DNA of 64,000 nucleotides from Thermodesulfovibrionia bacterium (lineage in GTDB: Bacteria; Nitrospirota; Thermodesulfovibrionia; JACRGW01): the NCBI GenBank assembly GCA_919902995.1, contig CAKKSD010000050.1, positions 14,499-78,498 on the forward strand, given 5' to 3'. Below are positions 47,158-57,872 of this stretch, piece after piece (position 1 is the stretch's first letter; every line of letters begins with the position of its first letter). Made by a program: the position numbers and the translations under genes. The notes under the pieces were generated by a model. That model saw nothing but the letters and a program-made list of their open reading frames with translations, ran no database searches and had not been told where the DNA came from.

Positions 47158-47565
47158 TTGGAAAGAACGCTTTCTATTATAAAGCCTGATGGGGTTGCCA
47201 AAGGAATCATAGGAGAAATAATAAAGAGATTCGAGAATGATGGACTAAGGATCAGTGCGATAAAGATGGTCTATCTCACCAAGAAGGAGGCAGAGGGATT
47301 TTATATTGTCCATAAGGAAAGACCCTTTTACAACAGTCTCACAGATTTCATGTCCTCAGGACCGATTGTAGTCATGGTCCTTGAGGGAAATGATGCTATA
47401 AGGAAGAACAGGGAGATAATGGGTGCCACGAATCCAAAAGATGCTGATACAGGAACTATCCGCAGGGATTTCGGTACCAATGTAGAGAAAAATACCGTCC
47501 ATGGCTCTGATTCTCTGGAATCTGCAGCATTTGAAATAGACTATTTCTTCAAATCCCTACATTAA
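47158..47565 (+). CDS. ndk: Nucleoside diphosphate kinase
   Basis: The N-terminus [11 protein letters not shown] matches Ndk and the active-site His lies in [12 protein letters not shown] start is likely. Confidence 0.85.
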   Translation: MERTLSIIKPDGVAKGIIGEIIKRFENDGLRISAIKMVYLTKKEAEGFYIVHKERPFYNSLTDFMSSGPIVVMVLEGNDAIRKNREIMGATNPKDADTGTIRRDFGTNVEKNTVHGSDSLESAAFEIDYFFKSLH

Positions 47566-47612
47566 TGTTTTACATTTTCCCCGCGTAGTAGTAGTGGCAG
47601 TTTTGCCTGCCC

Positions 47613-48758
47613 TTATAATCTTACGTACATCTTAAATAAAAGTTTATACGCCAATAATGTGAGGGGACCTAAATCCTTCTTCAACCATAGCGCCATCGAT
47701 GCCTTCTGTATCGCCTTGATCCCATGGATTTCTACAAGCTTCTCCCTCATCGCATCGGACTCGTAAAAAATCTCCTGTAGCCTCTTCATTAGACGGAACC
47801 TGTTCCCATATAATCTTTCCCATTTCTGGGCATATCCATCAAGTCCTGAATTTATTTCAGGATCTCCCATGAATTTAGATATAATCTCCTCAGCTGCCAT
47901 CTTTCCGCTCTTCATTGCATAATATATCCCTTCGGAAGATACAGGAAGTATAAGGCCTGCTGCATCACCGCATAGCAGTACCTTCCCACTAACCATAGTG
48001 CCTTTTAACTGAACAGGTCCTGGAGATGCCTCTCTTTTAATAACAGAAAAACCTTCTATCCTACATCCGAGTTTCTCCTTGAATCTCTTCAGATAAGAGG
48101 AGAGACCTTTTGAATTCCGGCCATCAACCGCTGTTCCGACACAGAGGTGATCTCCCTTGGGAAAGACCCATCCGTAGAGAGAAGGCGAGATCTCCGAACC
48201 ATACCAGAACTCACATCTATCCCTGTAGAAGTCCATCTGTTCTGATGAAACCTTTATCCTTTCCTGTAAGGCAAGAAAACTTTCAAGTGGTTTTGCTCCA
48301 ATAGCATGTGCCACAGAAGAATTTGCACCGTCTGCACCGATAAGGAAATCCCCTTCAAGTTTTTTTATACCCTGACCATTCTTGTACTCTATCTCTATCT
48401 TGCTTCCTATCTTCAGGTTCAGGAAAAGACCTTCTATAAGTTCTGCACCTGCCTTTTCTGCCATCTTCCTCAGATATGCATCAAAGACCTCCCTCCTGAC
48501 CATGGCGAGATATCCACCTCTTAACGGAATAGTCAGTTCCTTAAGGCTCGGTGATATCGCCCCTATCTTTGTCACTTTTTTCTCAATGATGCCCTCGGGT
48601 ATCCGGAATTCCTCGAATGCAGCAGAAGGGATACCACCTCCACAGGGTTTTACCCTTTTGAGGTCCATCTCTATAAGGAAGGTCCTTATACCTGCCTCAG
48701 CAAGTGTCTTTGCTGCAATAGAACCTGCAGGTCCTCCTCCGATAACTATTACCTCCAT
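47613..48758 (-). CDS. Geranylgeranyl reductase family FAD-dependent oxidoreductase
   Basis: The FAD motif VIVIGGGPAGS and the conserved KPCGGG of GGR/ChlP-like reductases are present. Confidence 0.7.
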   Translation of the reverse strand: MEVIVIGGGPAGSIAAKTLAEAGIRTFLIEMDLKRVKPCGGGIPSAAFEEFRIPEGIIEKKVTKIGAISPSLKELTIPLRGGYLAMVRREVFDAYLRKMAEKAGAELIEGLFLNLKIGSKIEIEYKNGQGIKKLEGDFLIGADGANSSVAHAIGAKPLESFLALQERIKVSSEQMDFYRDRCEFWYGSEISPSLYGWVFPKGDHLCVGTAVDGRNSKGLSSYLKRFKEKLGCRIEGFSVIKREASPGPVQLKGTMVSGKVLLCGDAAGLILPVSSEGIYYAMKSGKMAAEEIISKFMGDPEINSGLDGYAQKWERLYGNRFRLMKRLQEIFYESDAMREKLVEIHGIKAIQKASMALWLKKDLGPLTLLAYKLLFKMYVRL

Positions 48759-48834
48759 AATTGATATATACCTCGTATAAATTTAAAATTTTTAGTCTGC
48801 CATCTTGAATTTTTCATTTTGATATTTACATTTT

Positions 48835-51507
48835 TTAGTGGGCCTCGCTCCAGTTCTTTCCTACCCCGATATCTACCTTAATCGGCACCGAGAATTCAAT
48901 AACCACTTCCATCTCTTCTTTCACTACCTTTTTAATCTGTTCTATCTCTTCTTCGGGAGATTCAAAGACGAGTTCATCATGTATCTGGAGGATCATCCTG
49001 GCATTTGAATTCATTCCATGAAACCTCTTCGAAATATTCACCATAGCAAGTTTTATGAGGTCTGCTGCAGAACCCTGAATAGGGGTATTAATCGCAAGTC
49101 TCTCTCCTAATTGCCTCACATTTGAATTCTGGCTCATCAACTCCGGTATATGCCTCTGACGGCAGAGTATCGTTTTTACATAACCTTTTTCCTCTGCCTC
49201 TTTGAGATTTCTCTCAATAAAATCCTTTACACCTTTATGTCTTTCGAAATACCTCTCTATCAACTCCTTTGCCTTTTCAAACGGTATCCTCAGTTCTACT
49301 GAAAGTCCGTAGGGGCTTATCCCATAGATGATCCCGAAATTGACTGTCTTTGCCTGCCTCCTCATATCAGGTGTTATAGATTCAGGCGGAAGGTCAAATA
49401 TTTCCGTTGCTGTCCTTGTATGGATATCTTCCCCTCCCTTGAAGGCACCGACCAGTATCTCATCCTGAGCGAGATGTGCAAGGATCCTCAACTCTATCTG
49501 GGAATAGTCTGCTGAGAGAAGGGCATTCCCCTTTTCTGCTATGAATGCCTCCCTTATCCTCTTTCCGAGTTCACCCCTGATTGGGATGTTCTGCAGGTTT
49601 GGCTCACTGCTGCTCAGTCTCCCTGTTGCTGTCACTGTCTGGTTTAAAGATGTATGTATCCTTCCTGTCTTTGGATTGATAAGGTCGGGGAGTGTATCAA
49701 GATATGTAGATTTAATCTTAAAGAGATTTCTATACTCGAGTATTTCCCTTGGAAGTTCATGCTGGAAGGAAAGCTCTTCGAGCACCTCAACATTCGTTGA
49801 ATACCCTGTCTTTGTTCTTTTTGTAGGTTTAAGTCCGAGCTTTCTGAAGAGAATCTCAGAGAGTTGCTTTGGAGAATTGATATTGAATTCCTCCCCTGCG
49901 AGGAAATAGATCCTTTCGATTATTGTATTAAGCTGGCCCTCGAGTTCCTTAGACATCTCAGATAAAATTTCCCTGTCTATCTTGAAGCCATTCATCTCTA
50001 TATCCGCAAGAACTTTCAGTAAAGGCATCTCTACATCATAGAAAAGTTTCATGAGCCCTTTATTATCGATTAGTGTAGAAAGGACTCTTTTAAGCCTCAG
50101 GGTTATATCAGAATCCTCACAGGAATATTTTGTCGCCATATCGAGCGGAACATTTTCAAATCCTATCTGTTTCTTCCCTTTTCCTACCACTTCCTCGTAT
50201 GTGAGGATCTTGTAGTCGAGATACTCCAGTGCGATATTCTCGAGGTTATGGGCAGGCTTTACAGGGTTAAGGAGATAGGATGCAATCATAGTATCAAAAC
50301 TGATCCCTTTAAGATCTATACAATGATTCCTTAGAATGACTACCTCATACTTTATATTCTGACCGATCTTTCTCAGGGTTTCATCTTCGAGGATGGGTTT
50401 CAGTTTTTCCAGGACATATTCCTTTTTGAGCTGATGAGGGGCGTCGGGATAGATATGACTCAGAGGGATATAACAGGCGCTGTTAGGTTCTGTCGAGATA
50501 GAGATACCTACTATCTCTGCGATCATCGGGTCCTTGCCAGTACTTTCGATATCTATAGAAAATTCCCCTTTCACCTTCATTCTTTCTAATAGTTTGAGAA
50601 ATTCATCTTCGGATGTGATATTACTGTATTCACTTTTATCCAGGTCTGTATGGGGTGTGAGCGTTTTAAGGAGACTTGAGAATTCGAGTTCTCTGAAAAG
50701 TCTTAGAAGGGTTTCGTTATCAGGTTTAGTTATAGATAACTCCTTGAGGTCAATATCGATAGGGAGGTCGCTATGGATAGTAGCAAGGTTATGGCTTAGA
50801 CGTGCAATTTCTTCATTTATTTTAAGGGCCTCCCTCAGTTTCGGTTTCTTTACTTTTTCCAAATTCCTTAGCAGGTTTTCGATACTCCCGAATTCTTTTA
50901 TAAGTTCTACAGCTGTCTTTTCCCCGATTCCTGGAACTCCAGGGATATTGTCTATTGCATCCCCCATGAGTCCCATGACCTCAACGACCTTATCAGGACC
51001 AACGCCGAATTTATCTAATACATCCTTTTCTTCATATACCTTATCCTTCATGGTGTCATAGGTTCTTATATTCCGCCCTACAATCTGGAAGATGTCCTTA
51101 TCTCCTGTTACGATCGTTACACTGAGACCTCTTCCTTCTCCTTTTTTCGCTAAGGTCGCAAGTATATCATCAGCCTCATAACCTTCTATTTCGAGGACAG
51201 GAATCCTGAAGGCATCAACGATTCTTTTTATATATGGTATCTGGTTGATAAGTTCATTAGGGGTGCTTGGTCTCTGGGCCTTGTATGCCTCGAAGAGTCT
51301 ATGCCTTTCGGTAGGAGCAGGCGAATCAAAGGCGATAGCTATATAATCCGGCTTCTTCTCTCTCACCACCTTGAGGAGCATATTAGTGAATCCATATATC
51401 GCCCCTGTTGGTAAACCTTTAGAATTAGTAAGACCCTTTATGGCATGGTAGGCCCTGTATACATAGGAGTTACCATCTATAAGGTATAATTTAAGCCTTT
51501 CTGTCAC
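48835..51507 (-). CDS. polA: DNA polymerase I
   Basis: 890 aa with a 5'-3' exonuclease domain, a 3'-5' exonuclease-like domain, and polymerase motifs A (DYSQIELR), B (RRQAKTVNFGIIYG) and C (QIHDEL). Confidence 0.95.
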   Translation of the reverse strand: MTERLKLYLIDGNSYVYRAYHAIKGLTNSKGLPTGAIYGFTNMLLKVVREKKPDYIAIAFDSPAPTERHRLFEAYKAQRPSTPNELINQIPYIKRIVDAFRIPVLEIEGYEADDILATLAKKGEGRGLSVTIVTGDKDIFQIVGRNIRTYDTMKDKVYEEKDVLDKFGVGPDKVVEVMGLMGDAIDNIPGVPGIGEKTAVELIKEFGSIENLLRNLEKVKKPKLREALKINEEIARLSHNLATIHSDLPIDIDLKELSITKPDNETLLRLFRELEFSSLLKTLTPHTDLDKSEYSNITSEDEFLKLLERMKVKGEFSIDIESTGKDPMIAEIVGISISTEPNSACYIPLSHIYPDAPHQLKKEYVLEKLKPILEDETLRKIGQNIKYEVVILRNHCIDLKGISFDTMIASYLLNPVKPAHNLENIALEYLDYKILTYEEVVGKGKKQIGFENVPLDMATKYSCEDSDITLRLKRVLSTLIDNKGLMKLFYDVEMPLLKVLADIEMNGFKIDREILSEMSKELEGQLNTIIERIYFLAGEEFNINSPKQLSEILFRKLGLKPTKRTKTGYSTNVEVLEELSFQHELPREILEYRNLFKIKSTYLDTLPDLINPKTGRIHTSLNQTVTATGRLSSSEPNLQNIPIRGELGKRIREAFIAEKGNALLSADYSQIELRILAHLAQDEILVGAFKGGEDIHTRTATEIFDLPPESITPDMRRQAKTVNFGIIYGISPYGLSVELRIPFEKAKELIERYFERHKGVKDFIERNLKEAEEKGYVKTILCRQRHIPELMSQNSNVRQLGERLAINTPIQGSAADLIKLAMVNISKRFHGMNSNARMILQIHDELVFESPEEEIEQIKKVVKEEMEVVIEFSVPIKVDIGVGKNWSEAH

Positions 51508-51772
51508 TATGTATTTGTTCCCCGAAATCTACTTTTGGGGCCTCTCTGGCAGGAGTAGCTGCCTCAAAATAGGGTCGCTCTTAAAATTTTATAACACAGT
51601 ATATAATAAGGCAAGTATTTATGAGGATTAATTCCCCCTTTAACAATCTTGCTAATTTAAAGTAATTTGTTTATAATACACTCGCCTTTGTGTAAATGAT
51701 TCTAATCCCCTATCTGAAAGAAAAAATTATAATGACAGAAATTAACTATAATGTAAAGAAGTGTAAAGGGAA

Positions 51773-52609
51773 ATGAAGGTAGCAGTAGACATAAAGGACT
51801 TAGAGGAGAAGGCAAGGCTTATAAGGATAGACATATTAAAGATGCTCACCCTTGCTGGCTCAGGTCATACAGGGGGTTCACTCTCTGCAGCGGATATAGT
51901 TACTGCCCTTTATTTCTACAAGATGCGATATAACCCCAAAGACCCTTCCTGGAGAGAAAGGGATAGATTTATCCTTTCAAAGGGTCATGCAGCCCCACTA
52001 CTTTACGCCGCCCTTTCAAGGGCAGGTTATTTCAATCCTGAACTCCTTAAGACACTGAGGAAGATAGGAAGCCCACTTCAGGGACATCCAAGCCGTCAAA
52101 GCCTTCCCGGTGTTGAAGTTTCCACAGGATCCCTTGGCCAGGGTTTATCGGTAGCAAACGGTATAGCCCTCGGCCTCAGGCTGGATGGTATTGACTCAAG
52201 GGTTTACTGCCTCTTAGGGGATGGAGAAATACAGGAGGGACAGATCTGGGAGGCATCAATGACTGCAGCCCATTACCATCTCGATAACATCTGTGCTATT
52301 GTGGATAACAATGGCCTGCAGATAGATGGACCTGTAAAAGAGGTTATGAGGGTTGATCCTCTTCCACAGAAATGGAATGCCTTTGGCTGGCATATTATTG
52401 AGACAGATGGGCATAATATGGGAGAGATAATCACTGCCTTAGACGAGGCAGAAACTATTAAAGGGAAACCTACCGTAATTATTGCCCATACCGTAAAAGG
52501 TAAAGGGGTTTCGTTCTTTGAAGGTCGCGTTGAATATCATGGCATCGCACCTACTCAGGAAGAACTCACAAGGGCACTGAAGGAACTCGGAGAAGTTCAG
52601 CATGGGTAA
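51773..52609 (+). CDS. Transketolase, N-terminal section (split transketolase)
   Basis: TPP-binding motifs GHTGGSLS and GDGEIQEG are present. The length is 278 aa. Confidence 0.85.
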   Translation: MKVAVDIKDLEEKARLIRIDILKMLTLAGSGHTGGSLSAADIVTALYFYKMRYNPKDPSWRERDRFILSKGHAAPLLYAALSRAGYFNPELLKTLRKIGSPLQGHPSRQSLPGVEVSTGSLGQGLSVANGIALGLRLDGIDSRVYCLLGDGEIQEGQIWEASMTAAHYHLDNICAIVDNNGLQIDGPVKEVMRVDPLPQKWNAFGWHIIETDGHNMGEIITALDEAETIKGKPTVIIAHTVKGKGVSFFEGRVEYHGIAPTQEELTRALKELGEVQHG

Positions 52610-53576
52610 GGGATTAGAGACTAAGACTGGTACAGCAAAAGCTACAAGGGTTGCTTACGGAGAAGTTCTCCTCGAACTCGGCAAGAAGAGGCAAGATATA
52701 GTCGTCCTTGATGCCGACCTCTCAGGTTCTACAAACACAGGGAAATTTGGGAAGGCATTTCCAGACAGGTTCTTCAATATAGGGATCTCCGAACAGGATA
52801 TGATGGGTACAGCAGCAGGGCTTTCCCTCGCAGGAAAGCTCCCCTTTGCATCAACCTTTGCTATCTTTGCCACAGGCAGGGCATGGGAACAGGTGAGGCA
52901 GACGATCTGTTATAGCAATCTGAATGTAAAGATAGTCGCAACCCACGGGGGTATCACAGTAGGTGAAGACGGGGCATCCCATCAGTCCGTCGAAGACTTA
53001 ACTCTGATGAGGGTGTTACCGAATATGACGATAATTGTCCCTGCAGATGCAAAAGAAACAGAAGAGGTTATCGAAGTCATTTCCGATGAATATGGGCCTA
53101 CATACGTGCGTCTGGGTAGGGCGAAGGTACCTGTTATTATGCCTGAGGATTACAGATTCAATATAGGTAAGGCCTATATATTTCATATCGGGAAAGATGC
53201 GAATATCATATCCTGTGGCATTATGGTAGAGAAGGCTCTCAAGGCATCAGAAAGGCTGAAGAATGATGGTCTTGATGTAGGGGTAATAAATATGTCTACC
53301 ATAAAACCGATTGATGAAGAGACAATAATATCAGTAGCAAAAACAAGCAGGGCAATAGTGACAGCCGAGGAACATTCGATTATCGGTGGTCTCGGAAGTG
53401 CTGTCACAGAGGTCCTTTCAGAGAAGTATCCTGTCCCTGTAAAAAGGATAGGAGTCAAAGATTGTTTCGGATGTTCAGGTGATCCCGAGGGTTTACTCAA
53501 ACTCTATAGTCTTACAGTAGAAGATATTATTGCTGGAATAAGGGAAGTAGTAAGGATGAAGGACAATTTATGGTAG
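52602..53576 (+). CDS. Transketolase, C-terminal section (split transketolase)
   Basis: Pyrimidine-binding and C-terminal domains are present. It overlaps the N-terminal-section gene by 8 nt. Confidence 0.85.
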   Translation: MGKGLETKTGTAKATRVAYGEVLLELGKKRQDIVVLDADLSGSTNTGKFGKAFPDRFFNIGISEQDMMGTAAGLSLAGKLPFASTFAIFATGRAWEQVRQTICYSNLNVKIVATHGGITVGEDGASHQSVEDLTLMRVLPNMTIIVPADAKETEEVIEVISDEYGPTYVRLGRAKVPVIMPEDYRFNIGKAYIFHIGKDANIISCGIMVEKALKASERLKNDGLDVGVINMSTIKPIDEETIISVAKTSRAIVTAEEHSIIGGLGSAVTEVLSEKYPVPVKRIGVKDCFGCSGDPEGLLKLYSLTVEDIIAGIREVVRMKDNLW

Positions 53577-54235
53577 AGATGTTCAATGTCTCAAAGTATT
53601 ATGACAGAGAAGTACCTGCCCTTGAAGATGTGAGTCTAAAGGTTAATAAAGGTGAGTTTATATTCATTACAGGACCGAGTGGTGCAGGAAAGACGACCTT
53701 ACTTAAACTTCTCTTCTGTGCCGAGAAGGCAGATGCAGGCCAGATATTTATTGCTGGATGGGATCTCGATAGACTTAAAAAGAATAGTATTCCCTACCTG
53801 AGAAGGAATATAGGCATAGTATTTCAGGACTTTAAACTACTTCCTAACATGACTGTCCTTGAGAATATAGCCTTTGCCATGAGGGTCGTAGGAAACCCTG
53901 AAAAAGAAATCAAAAAGAAGGCACTTAATGTCCTTAAACTCGTTGACCTTATGCACAAGGCCGATGATTATCCTCTCCATCTCTCCGGTGGAGAGCAACA
54001 GAGGGTAGCTATTGGCAGAGCTGTCTGTAACGAACCCACAATTCTTCTCGCCGATGAACCTACGGGCAATCTTGATACCAAATCATCAGTGGCTATTATA
54101 GATATATTTAAAGAGATTAATTCAAAAGGGACGACTGTTTTAGTTGCAACCCACAATGAAAATCTTTTCCTTTCCTCAGGAAGAAGGGTTGTAATCCTGG
54201 ATAGGGGGAAAGTAACAGAGGAAGGGCTCCGTTGA
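53570..54235 (+). CDS. ftsE: Cell division ATP-binding protein FtsE
   Basis: ABC ATPase with Walker A GPSGAGKTT, the signature LSGGEQQR, and Walker B LLADEPT. Confidence 0.85.
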   Translation: MVEMFNVSKYYDREVPALEDVSLKVNKGEFIFITGPSGAGKTTLLKLLFCAEKADAGQIFIAGWDLDRLKKNSIPYLRRNIGIVFQDFKLLPNMTVLENIAFAMRVVGNPEKEIKKKALNVLKLVDLMHKADDYPLHLSGGEQQRVAIGRAVCNEPTILLADEPTGNLDTKSSVAIIDIFKEINSKGTTVLVATHNENLFLSSGRRVVILDRGKVTEEGLR

Positions 54236-55098
54236 TTTCATACCATCTCAGAGAAGGTCTAAGGAATATTAGCAGGAATAAGTTGCTTGCCATCACGGCT
54301 ACCTTTATTATTTCAATCTCAATGATGATCTTCGGGATTTTCCTCATTCTCTTTTTAAACCTCAACCATCTTCACCAGAGCTGGGCGGAAAGGGTGCAGA
54401 TAACGGTCTACCTCAAAGAGGACGCGGATGAAAGCAACCTGATAGAGATTATAGGAAAGGAAAAAGAGGTGGCTGAAATTTTTTATACATCCAAAGAAAA
54501 GGCACTTATAGAGTTCAAGAAAGAACTTGGAAGAGACAAAGATATTTTGTATAGCATCGGAAACAATCCACTCCCCTCCTCTCTCGATATAATACTCAAG
54601 AAAGAGTATAGATCATCAGAATCTGTAGAACCCTTAGTAATAACCTTTAAGAGGCTTCAAGGAGTCGAAGAGGTTCACTATGGAGAAAACTGGGTGAGAG
54701 ACCTTACAGCCCTTTTAAAAGGACTAAAGATAACAGGTCTCTTCCTAGGTACTCTCCTTGCCTTCGGGGTTGCATTTATTATATCGAATACCATAAGGCT
54801 TACACTTTATGCACGCCAGGAGGAGATAGAAATCATGAAACTTATAGGAGCGACTAAGGGCTTCATCAGGGGACCCTTCCTTGTAGAAGGAGCCCTTCAG
54901 GGAATTTGTGGTGGGGCTTTATCAATCTTATTACTCTACGGTTTCTACCATATTATAGCTTATGAGATCAATACCAGATTTCCCGGATTTCATCCGGACT
55001 TCCTCGCTCCTTCTCTACTTATTCAAATATGCCTTTCCGGCTTATTTTTAGGTTTCTTAGGTAGTTTCTCTTCCATAGAGAGATTTCTTAAGATGTAA
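54232..55098 (+). CDS. ftsX: Cell division permease FtsX
   Basis: Four TMs with a large periplasmic loop and the FtsX C-terminal domain. Its start overlaps the ftsE stop. Confidence 0.8.
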   Translation: MISYHLREGLRNISRNKLLAITATFIISISMMIFGIFLILFLNLNHLHQSWAERVQITVYLKEDADESNLIEIIGKEKEVAEIFYTSKEKALIEFKKELGRDKDILYSIGNNPLPSSLDIILKKEYRSSESVEPLVITFKRLQGVEEVHYGENWVRDLTALLKGLKITGLFLGTLLAFGVAFIISNTIRLTLYARQEEIEIMKLIGATKGFIRGPFLVEGALQGICGGALSILLLYGFYHIIAYEINTRFPGFHPDFLAPSLLIQICLSGLFLGFLGSFSSIERFLKM

Positions 55099-55136
55099 AA
55101 TCATAGAAGGATAACGGAGGTTCGTGGAGAGAATAA

Positions 55137-56285
55137 ATGATCCTGAAAATACTTATTTTTATCACGGTCTTCCTCTATCTGTCATCTTCTTCAAATGAAG
55201 TATTGGGCAAATCAAAAGAGGAGGAATTAAAAAGGTTTCGTAACAGGATTAGAGAAGAGAAGACAAGGATTAAGAAGGTTGAAAAGAAAGAGAGGTCCGT
55301 ACTATCAGAACTTGAGTTGATAGAGAAAGCTATTAAAGAGAAGGAAAGAGAATTTAAGGACTATGACCACAAACTCAAAGAGACCGAAAAGAAGATAAAG
55401 GAGGTAGAATCAGGACTCGTCCTGCTTAATAAAAGAATTATAGTGAAGAGAGACCATCTCAGAGAAAGGCTTAGGGCTGTATATAAACAGGGAAGGAGAG
55501 GTTACTACTATGGAGTCCTTATAGGTGCTAAAGACTCTGAGGATCTTTTCAAGAGATATAAATACCTTAGGGTTACAGCAGATCAAGATTATCGTTTTAT
55601 CGAGTCATATAAGAAAGACATGGCTCACTTAAAGAAAAATCTGGTATCCATGGAAAAACTCAAGGAAGAATTCTCTTCTTATAGAGACAAAGTAAAGGAA
55701 AAAGAAAAAGAGATGAAGGATGGAAAAAATAAGAAACTTACCCTTCTCACTTCCCTCAAGACAGAAAAAAATACACGGGAAAGACTAATCAAAGAGTTAG
55801 AAGAGGCCGCCAAGAATTTAGAAACTCTTATTAAGGAATCAGATAGGAAAATAGAAGTACCACCAGTATCCGGTACCGGTTTTGCTGGCCAGAAGGGAAG
55901 GCTCCCATGGCCTAGTGAAGGAAGGCTTATGACCCTCTTTGGTAAACAGATAGATGCAGAATTTAATACACCTATATTTAAAAGGGGTATAGAGATACGC
56001 ACCCAATCTGGTGATGATATCAAGGCTATTCATAAGGGCTCTGTTGTGTATGCCGACTGGTTCAAGGGTTATGGAAAAATGTTGATTATTAACCATGGTG
56101 AACGTTATTATAGTGTGTATGCACATGCCTCAGATATCTTTCCAAAGGTTGGAGAGACCGTATCTGATAGTCAGGTGATAGGTAAGATAGGGGATACAGG
56201 TTCTATCAAAGGACCAATCCTCTATTTTGAAATACGCTATAAAGGGGAACCACAGGACCCTTTGGTATGGTTAAGAAAAAAATAG
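55137..56285 (+). CDS. EnvC-like murein hydrolase activator (coiled coil plus peptidase M23 domain)
   Basis: Signal peptide, a long coiled coil, and a C-terminal LytM/M23 domain (IINHGERYYSVYAH). Confidence 0.7.
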   Translation: MILKILIFITVFLYLSSSSNEVLGKSKEEELKRFRNRIREEKTRIKKVEKKERSVLSELELIEKAIKEKEREFKDYDHKLKETEKKIKEVESGLVLLNKRIIVKRDHLRERLRAVYKQGRRGYYYGVLIGAKDSEDLFKRYKYLRVTADQDYRFIESYKKDMAHLKKNLVSMEKLKEEFSSYRDKVKEKEKEMKDGKNKKLTLLTSLKTEKNTRERLIKELEEAAKNLETLIKESDRKIEVPPVSGTGFAGQKGRLPWPSEGRLMTLFGKQIDAEFNTPIFKRGIEIRTQSGDDIKAIHKGSVVYADWFKGYGKMLIINHGERYYSVYAHASDIFPKVGETVSDSQVIGKIGDTGSIKGPILYFEIRYKGEPQDPLVWLRKK

Positions 56286-56300
56286 GCAATCTTTAAAATT

Positions 56301-56375
56301 GTCATTCTGAGTGTAAGACTAAGAATCTCATTTAGGGAATCTGCCCCTGAATCTGACTCAGGTGCAGGATAATAT
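56301..56375. repeat. Degenerate hairpin-repeat cluster between envC-like and ctpA
   Basis: GTC-ATTCT-gagtgtaagacta-AGAAT-CTCA and CCTGA-atctgac-TCAGG; these are imperfect family members. Confidence 0.35.
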
Positions 56376-56396
56376 AATAAAAATCAGGAGGATAAA

Positions 56397-57704
56397 ATGG
56401 GAAAAAGATTCAAGAAAATAACAGGCTATATTGCCTTCGTCCTCATAATTGCTATGCTCGGAGTTTTCATGGGACGATGGTCTGCAGAAGGGGTTCGTTT
56501 AGAGGGAGAGACATACGAAAGCCTTAAAATTTTTACAGAGGTTTTCTCCCTCATCCAAAAAAATTATGTTGAAGAGGCCAATTCTAAAGAACTATTAAGG
56601 GGAGCCATAAAGGGAATGCTCAATTCCCTTGATCCTCACTCCTCTTTTATGACGCCCGAGCAATATAAAGAGATGCAGGTCGACACAAAAGGGGAATTCG
56701 GTGGGATCGGTATCCAGATAGGAGTAAAGGATAGCCATCTCACAGTGATCGCCCCTATAGAGGGAACCCCAGCTGATAGGGCAGGTATAAAGGCAGGTGA
56801 TAGAATAGTAAAAATAAATGGAGAACCCACAAAAGATATGTCCCTGCAGGATGCCGTGGGAAAGATGAGGGGTTCCAAAGGAACATCAGTCACTATAACG
56901 ATAATAAGAGAAGGTATTACGGAACCAAAGGATTTCACTATGGTAAGAGATATAATAAAGATAAAGAGTGTAAGGTCAAAGATGTTAGAAGATGGAATTG
57001 GGTATATAAGGGTCAGCCAGTTTCAGGAACAAACAGGGTCAGACCTGGCAGAAGCATTAAAAGGTTTAGAGAAGGAAAATGCACATTCGCTTGTCCTCGA
57101 TCTCAGGAATAATCCGGGGGGTTTACTAAATATTGCGGTCGAAGTTACAGGAGAGTTTATCCCACCTGGTAAATTGGTAGTCTTTATAAAAGGACGGAAT
57201 GGAGAAAAGAGCGAATACGTCACTGATGCCAAGAGGCCTTACTATAATCTCCCAATGATCGTTTTGGTAAATGAGGGTAGTGCCAGCGCCTCCGAGATTG
57301 TGGCAGGGGCAGTACAGGACTGGGGCAGGTCTATAGTACTTGGCACTCAGACCTTTGGAAAAGGCTCTGTACAGACTGTGATACCTTTAAGCGATGGTTC
57401 AGGGTTAAGACTTACTACAGCAAAATATTTTACACCAAAAGGAAACTCTATCCAGAATACTGGTATCACCCCTGATATTATAGTCAAAGTAAAGGGTATT
57501 AAGACACAACCAAGAGAGAAGGATTTAGATCACCATCTTACGAATGAGCAGAAAAAGGATGCAGATATCAAGAAAAAGCTCCCAGAAGAGGAGGTTTCTG
57601 CAGGCGTAGAGGATAAAGAAGGAAAGGAAGATATCCAGCTTCAGAGGGCAATTGATGTTCTTAAAGGATGGAAGGTTTTTAAAGGAATTCAAAGCAAAAG
57701 CTAA
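56397..57704 (+). CDS. ctpA: Carboxyl-terminal processing protease (S41)
   Basis: A PDZ domain plus S41 catalytic region with the Ser in NEGSASASE and the Lys in TFGKGSVQ. Confidence 0.8.
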   Translation: MGKRFKKITGYIAFVLIIAMLGVFMGRWSAEGVRLEGETYESLKIFTEVFSLIQKNYVEEANSKELLRGAIKGMLNSLDPHSSFMTPEQYKEMQVDTKGEFGGIGIQIGVKDSHLTVIAPIEGTPADRAGIKAGDRIVKINGEPTKDMSLQDAVGKMRGSKGTSVTITIIREGITEPKDFTMVRDIIKIKSVRSKMLEDGIGYIRVSQFQEQTGSDLAEALKGLEKENAHSLVLDLRNNPGGLLNIAVEVTGEFIPPGKLVVFIKGRNGEKSEYVTDAKRPYYNLPMIVLVNEGSASASEIVAGAVQDWGRSIVLGTQTFGKGSVQTVIPLSDGSGLRLTTAKYFTPKGNSIQNTGITPDIIVKVKGIKTQPREKDLDHHLTNEQKKDADIKKKLPEEEVSAGVEDKEGKEDIQLQRAIDVLKGWKVFKGIQSKS

Positions 57705-57794
57705 GAATTTTGAATAATTATGAGAAATTATATTGTTTTATGTATAAAATAGGATATAAGAATCAGAACTGCCTGCTAATCCCCCAGAATTAGA

Positions 57795-57820
57795 CTTGCC
57801 TTTTATAATAATAGTAATTA
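57795..57820 (+). promoter_or_regulatory. Sigma70-like promoter for groESL (TTGCCT-17-TATATT)
   Basis: TTGCCT at 57795-57800, a 17-nt spacer, and TATATT abutting the CIRCE element. Confidence 0.4.
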
Positions 57821-57822
57821 TA

Positions 57823-57849
57823 TTAGCACTCTCTTAAGAAGAGTGCTAA
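57823..57849. promoter_or_regulatory. CIRCE element (HrcA operator) TTAGCACTC-N9-GAGTGCTAA
   Basis: A perfect match to the CIRCE consensus lies 24 bp upstream of the groES start. Confidence 0.85.
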
Positions 57850-57872
57850 TATTTTAAAGGAAAGGAGGAGCT

